Positions 59,466 to 64,000 of a DNA stretch of 64,000 nt are shown here, in pieces. The notes under the pieces were generated by a model. That model saw only the letters and a list, made by a program, of their open reading frames with translations. It made no database searches and was not told where the DNA came from. Positions within the stretch are counted from its first letter, which is position 1; every line of letters starts with the position of its first letter. Origin of the DNA: a bacterium (GTDB lineage: Bacteria; UBA8248); assembly GCA_965213685.1 (NCBI GenBank), contig CBDBZY010000045.1, forward strand, positions 1 through 64,000, given 5' to 3'. The position numbers and the translations under genes are program-made.

Positions 59466-60269
59466 TCACAAGTCCCGGGTTTCGCGGGAAATCCCCCTGT
59501 GGGCGAGTTCGGCGTAGAAGCGGGCGATGACCTTCAGCAGGCGCGTGTCGAGGTATCCGAGGGTTGTCGCGCGGATGCTCTCCGGGATGCCGAAGCGGGC
59601 CTCGGCGATGCTCCCGGCAATCGCCGCGAGGGTGTCCGCATCCCCGCCGAGAGAGATGGCCAGGCGGAGCGCATCCTCGAAATCCTCGGCTTCCAGTGCC
59701 GCCGTGAACGCCTGGGGGCAGGTTCCCTGGCAGGTTACGTCGAAGGCGTAGTCCGGGCGGATTTCGTCGCAGGTGCGGGAGAGGTCATACCCGTATCGGC
59801 GGGTGATTCCCTCCCGGAGCGCCTTTGCGGACGCACCCGCGCGCGCACCCCAGATGGCCCATGCGGTCGCCTCCGCGCCCTTGATCCCCTCGGGGTGGCC
59901 GTGGGTCGGCGCGGCGCTCGCCCTGGCGAACGCCACGCACTGCGCCTCGCTTTGCGCCAGCCATCCGGCGGCTGAGACCCGCATGGCGGAGCCGTTCCCG
60001 TAGCTGTTGTAGGGCTGGGGGTCCTCGCTGCGCATCCACCGCCGGAAGTAGCCTCCGTATCCTCTGCGGGGGTATGCGCGCGCCCATTTCCGAATCTTTC
60101 GCCCGATGTCCGCGCCGTCGAGCAGGGCGTCGGCGACGGCCACGGTCATCACCGTGTCGTCGGTGAAGAATTTGGTCGGCTCGAACAGCGCGAAGTCCTT
60201 CGTCTTGATGTTGCGGGACTTCGACTCATAGATGCTGCCGACAACGTCGCCTGCTATCGCTCCCATCAT
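59466..60269 (-). CDS. ADP-ribosylglycohydrolase (DraG/ARH family), copy 2
   Basis: same motifs; highly similar to copy 1 at DNA level. Confidence 0.92.
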   Translation of the reverse strand: MMGAIAGDVVGSIYESKSRNIKTKDFALFEPTKFFTDDTVMTVAVADALLDGADIGRKIRKWARAYPRRGYGGYFRRWMRSEDPQPYNSYGNGSAMRVSAAGWLAQSEAQCVAFARASAAPTHGHPEGIKGAEATAWAIWGARAGASAKALREGITRRYGYDLSRTCDEIRPDYAFDVTCQGTCPQAFTAALEAEDFEDALRLAISLGGDADTLAAIAGSIAEARFGIPESIRATTLGYLDTRLLKVIARFYAELAHRGISRETRDL

Positions 60270-60415
60270 CCCCGGAGTCTCCTCTCTTGTTGTCGCGGCA
60301 TGCGGGCGATCAAGCGGCAGGGAGTATACCACATTTGATTTGCCGGATTCGCCGCCAAAAAGCAGGGTCGGAGGGCACCTTTCCCGCCCCGAGGCCGTTG
60401 CCGTCCGCGCCTCGC

Positions 60416-61645
60416 CTAGGGGTGGGGAATCGCCCTCGGGCGCGGGCCGCCGAGGCTCGCGAGGGCGAAGGGCAGGGTGATCAGCGTGGCGGCGGCGCCC
60501 ACTCCGACGAGCCCCGCCACGTCCACGCAAAAGCCGACGAGGGGGGCGAGACCCATGGCGAGGAGCGATTTGCTTTGCGTCTCGACCGAGAGGATCGTGG
60601 CGCCCGCCCCGGGCGCGCTGTGGGCGTCGATGCGGCTCATCAGCACCGGGCGCCAGATGTTCTGCAGCACGGCCAGGGCGACGAAGCCGGCGATGACGAT
60701 GGATTCCCAGCCCGCCCACAGCCCCCACGCGAGGGCGGCGTAGATGAGGGAGGTCGCCCCCCAGAGGGATTTTGCGGCCCCCTCCTCCGAACCCGCCGCG
60801 CGGACGAGGCGGTGGCCTCCGCGCGAGGCGAAGCTCGACAGCAGGTGCAGGACGAAATAGACGGCGCCGATCAGAATGGCCACGCGCTGCTGCTGCTCCC
60901 ACGCGGCGAGGAGCGCGAGGCCGAGGGCCGCCTGCTGGATCACGGGCTGGATGTAGTCCTTGGCCACCTTGTAGGTGCCCTCGTAGCCCATCGACTCGGC
61001 GAGGATGCCGCGCAGCGGCCTGTCCGTGAACGCCGTGCGCATGGATTCCTTCAAATGTCCCCAGACGCCGGGGATTTTCGCGTCCGCCGCGCGCGCGCCG
61101 TCGAGTGCGCTCGGGTAGCCCATGAAGTTCACGATGTTCATCGCGTAGGGGATGATGGCGAGGAGGAATATGTCGCTGTAGCGCGCCCCGGTGAAGATGA
61201 ACCCGCTGGCGATCACGACCGAGACGGCCGAGCCCATCTTCGACCACGAGCGCGTGAACCCGTAGACGCGGGTGCGCTCGTCCTCTCGTCCCTGGATGCG
61301 CAGCCACTCGAAGATCATCGCCTTGTGGGTTCCGGTGCGGAACGAATCGCCGAGGGCGAAGGCGAACATGGCGAGAAGCAGGGCGGCGAAGGAGGTCGAG
61401 TGGGCGAAGACGAGGAACGAGGCGATGTAGGCGAGGAACGAGAATATCATCGAGCGTCTTCTGCCGTAGAGGTCGGCCACCGCCCCGCTGGGAATTTCAA
61501 AGATGTTGATGCATACCTCGCGGAAGCCGACCAGAAGGCCAATCTGGAAAAAGGAGAGGTCTTTTTCCAAGAAGGCGAGGATGAGGAAAGGCTCGAAGTA
61601 GGTCTGGTTTTTGAGAAAGCCGTACAAGGAGAATCGAAACAGCAT
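60416..61645 (-). CDS. MFS transporter
   Basis: EIPSGAVADLYGRRRS MFS motif A; multiple TM helices. Confidence 0.9.
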   Translation of the reverse strand: MLFRFSLYGFLKNQTYFEPFLILAFLEKDLSFFQIGLLVGFREVCINIFEIPSGAVADLYGRRRSMIFSFLAYIASFLVFAHSTSFAALLLAMFAFALGDSFRTGTHKAMIFEWLRIQGREDERTRVYGFTRSWSKMGSAVSVVIASGFIFTGARYSDIFLLAIIPYAMNIVNFMGYPSALDGARAADAKIPGVWGHLKESMRTAFTDRPLRGILAESMGYEGTYKVAKDYIQPVIQQAALGLALLAAWEQQQRVAILIGAVYFVLHLLSSFASRGGHRLVRAAGSEEGAAKSLWGATSLIYAALAWGLWAGWESIVIAGFVALAVLQNIWRPVLMSRIDAHSAPGAGATILSVETQSKSLLAMGLAPLVGFCVDVAGLVGVGAAATLITLPFALASLGGPRPRAIPHP

Positions 61646-61801
61646 CGAACGCCTCCTTTCGCCGGACTTGGGGCTTCGCCCACCCCTTCCTCCGCCGCCG
61701 CGATGCCGGGACGGACGCGGAGGCGGCGCGCGCACGGCGTTTATTATTGTAGCGGAAATCCGGCCGCTTGCCACGGTGCTTGTTCCGCAGGGAGGCGCGC
61801 C

Positions 61802-62686
61802 CTAGCGAATCCGCCAGCCGATGAGGGCGGCGCCGACCACCATGCAGATTGTGCCGGCGATGATGGGGGGCGTGATGCGCTCCACGCGCCGGAGCATGAA
61901 GAAACTCATGACGAGGCTGAAGATGGGGGCCGTCGACGTGAGCGGGGCCACTATCGAGAGGTCGCCGATGCTGATGGCGGTGAAGTGCAGGAAAAAGCCC
62001 AGCGCGTTGAGCAGCCCGCAGAAGCCGAAGATGAGCCAGGCCCTCGGGCGGCCAAACTGGTTGGGTTTCTGCGCCTCCGGAAAGAGCGGGACGAAGGCGA
62101 GGAGAAAGACGAACCCCGCCAGCGTGGAGAGGGTGGCTCCCATGAGCGGGGCCGAAACGTGGGCGAAGGCGAGCTTCCGGAAGAGGAACGACAGGGCGGC
62201 GGTGATGCTGCTCGCGAACGCGAGCCAGAGGTGCTTGCGCTGCCAGGAGGTGTCCTCCGGCTTCTTGTAGGTGAGGGTGACGCCGCCGCAGATGATGAAG
62301 AGCGTGCCCGCGAGGATGAGTGCTCCCGGCCTCTCGCCCAGGAAGGCGATGGCGAGCGAGGTGGCGAAAAAGGGGGTCAGCGAATTGAAGGGCATGGCGC
62401 GCGCGACGCCGAGATAGGAGATGCTCAGATACAAGAAGACGCGCGACATCGCCGGCCCGACCAGGCCCGCCAGTGCGAAGAAGAAAAATGCGGCCGGGCT
62501 CCACCATTCCGGCTCCCAGTAATACCAGGTGACCCCCAGCATGACCGGCAGGGAGGTGAGCATGCCGATGAAGACGCCCGTCAGCGCGTTGGCGTGCTCG
62601 CTACCCTTGCGGATGAACACGCTGAACGTGGCGAACACCACGGCGGTGGACATGGCGTAGGATGCGGCGATGAGCTGGGGGTTCAT
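61802..62686 (-). CDS. DMT/EamA-family transporter
   Basis: two five-TM repeats; LTPFFATSLAIAFLGE and VAPLTSTAPIFS..ERIT. Confidence 0.88.
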   Translation of the reverse strand: MNPQLIAASYAMSTAVVFATFSVFIRKGSEHANALTGVFIGMLTSLPVMLGVTWYYWEPEWWSPAAFFFFALAGLVGPAMSRVFLYLSISYLGVARAMPFNSLTPFFATSLAIAFLGERPGALILAGTLFIICGGVTLTYKKPEDTSWQRKHLWLAFASSITAALSFLFRKLAFAHVSAPLMGATLSTLAGFVFLLAFVPLFPEAQKPNQFGRPRAWLIFGFCGLLNALGFFLHFTAISIGDLSIVAPLTSTAPIFSLVMSFFMLRRVERITPPIIAGTICMVVGAALIGWRIR

Positions 62687-62942
62687 CTGGCTCTCATGGC
62701 GGGAAGGGAGCGTTCTCCGCGCGGGGCGGGCACGGCGCGCGCGCGACCCGCCTGCCGGGTTCGCACCGGGTGCGCGTCGCTCGGAGGTGGACGGAAGCCC
62801 GCTGCTCCCCCCAATCTACAGGCTGCGCGCGTCCCTGGGAAGGGCGGTCCCGAAAAACGCCCCCCGGACCTTGGAGGCGAAGCGGGATTCCCTGCGCGCC
62901 GCCCGCCTCTCGCGCGAAGCCATGCGGCTAGCCGCCGGATGC

Positions 62943-62998
62943 GTTTCACGGAAGTTTCACCTTTTTGTCATACAAATGCGACGACTCCTCCCTACAAT
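62943..62998 (+). promoter_or_regulatory. Pho box (PhoB-type 11-bp direct repeats) plus -10 element
   Basis: GTTTCAC/GTTTCAC/TTGTCAT/ATGCGAC at 62943, 62954, 62965, 62976; TACAAT at 62993. Confidence 0.8.
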
Positions 62999-63079
62999 CG
63001 GCAATCGGCGTTGCGCGGGGCCATCTCGCGCGTCGATGTTCTGAACTGAACCGCCCAAAAAAGAGGGGAGGAGCGCAAA

Positions 63080-64000
63080 ATGTCGGAGGTGCCCATCGTC
63101 AAGGAGTGCGGGATGGAAGCGGACGAGTTCGACGACCTCGAGGAGGCCGACCATCCGGAGTTGCCGGAAACCGATTTCGGCAGGTTGGCCGAGAATGTTC
63201 TCTCCCGGCGCGGATTTCTGAATGACACCGCCGCGTTCGCCGCGAGTGCGTTCGTCATGAGCGCAGGCGGAATCTCGCCCCTGGCGGCTTTCGCCGCCCC
63301 CAACCGGTTCGGGTTCGACCCCGTCCCCGCCAACGACCTCGACACGATCACCGTCCCCAAGGGGTATCGTTGGCACGTGGTCGCCAAATGGGGAGAGCCG
63401 ATGTGGAAGCACTCGGTCGCGTTCGACCACGCGACGCGCGGCACGGGCGCGAGCCAGGAGTTCGCCTTCGGCGACAACAACGATGGAATGGCGCTGTTCC
63501 TCCACGGAGACCGGAACATCCTCGCTGTCAACAACGAATACGTGAACCTTGACGTCATCTACGGCGGCAAGGGCAGGGGCAGGCCCGAGAACGCCGACGA
63601 CGTGCGCAAGGGCAAGGCCGCGCACGGGGTGTCCATCGTGGAGATCGAGCAGAACAACGGCACCTGGTCCATCGTCAAGGATTCCCCCTACAACCGGAAG
63701 ATCACGCCCGACACCCCGATGGAGATCACCGGGCCCGCCCGCGGGCACGACCTTCTCCGCACGGCCGCCGACCCCGCCGGCGTCAGGAGCCTGGGGACCT
63801 GGAACAACTGCGGCAACGGCGTCACCCCGTGGGGCACCTTCCTCACCTGCGAGGAGAACTTCCACGGCTACTTCTCCTCGAGCGACCCCGATATCGAGGT
63901 CGGCCCCGCGTTCAAGCGATACAGCGTAGGCACCCGGGATCGGGGGTATGCGTGGGTGATGGTGGATGAGCGGTTCGACATCGCCAAGCACCCCAACGAG
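63080..64000 (+). CDS. phoX: PhoX-family alkaline phosphatase (Tat-exported), runs off the window end
   Basis: SRRGFL Tat motif, VPKGY, FGDNNDGM, VNNEY, AHGVSIVE, GTWNNCGNGVTPWGTFLTCEENF, HPNE; AGGAG RBS. Confidence 0.93.
   Translation, partial: MSEVPIVKECGMEADEFDDLEEADHPELPETDFGRLAENVLSRRGFLNDTAAFAASAFVMSAGGISPLAAFAAPNRFGFDPVPANDLDTITVPKGYRWHVVAKWGEPMWKHSVAFDHATRGTGASQEFAFGDNNDGMALFLHGDRNILAVNNEYVNLDVIYGGKGRGRPENADDVRKGKAAHGVSIVEIEQNNGTWSIVKDSPYNRKITPDTPMEITGPARGHDLLRTAADPAGVRSLGTWNNCGNGVTPWGTFLTCEENFHGYFSSSDPDIEVGPAFKRYSVGTRDRGYAWVMVDERFDIAKHPNE

Larger units (their letters stand above)
58488..60287. repeat. ~0.9-kb tandem duplication (ARH gene plus flanks)
   Basis: offset about 903 bp; flanks gtcgtcgtctggcggat..cgtcaaacgcaaagcgc and catcatccccggagtctcctctct both duplicated. 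Confidence 0.9.

Overview
GC-rich bacterial chromosomal window. The gene order is compatible with a Nitrospinota/Tectomicrobia/deltaproteobacterial-type genome, but that is inference only. 1-34 kb is mostly housekeeping: secDF; argG-argF-argD-argB-hslU-hslV-xerC-trmFO-topA-dprA; cpoB-like, rng, a B12-binding radical SAM, mreBCD-mrdA-rodA with a sulfatase inserted; ppiD, glgP, thiD. 35-40 kb is a sulfur-carrier (CysO/Mec/CysM-type) cysteine operon with two complementary E1-like proteins and an IscR-like Rrf2 regulator plus a matching operator. 40-64 kb is accessory: an AhpD-like selenoprotein (in-frame UGA plus SECIS), nitroreductase, tRNA-Glu, a DNA-repair radical SAM, four PLP enzymes, an acyl-CoA synthetase pair, a triplicated cassette of double-glycine-leader peptides, a TRAP transporter, tandem ADP-ribosylglycohydrolases, and phoX with a Pho box. 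Best leads: the orphan RiPP-like precursor array with its conserved 5' leader (53.5-54.6 kb), the possible heterodimeric bacterial E1 (36.3-39.3 kb), and the selenoprotein (40.9-41.6 kb).
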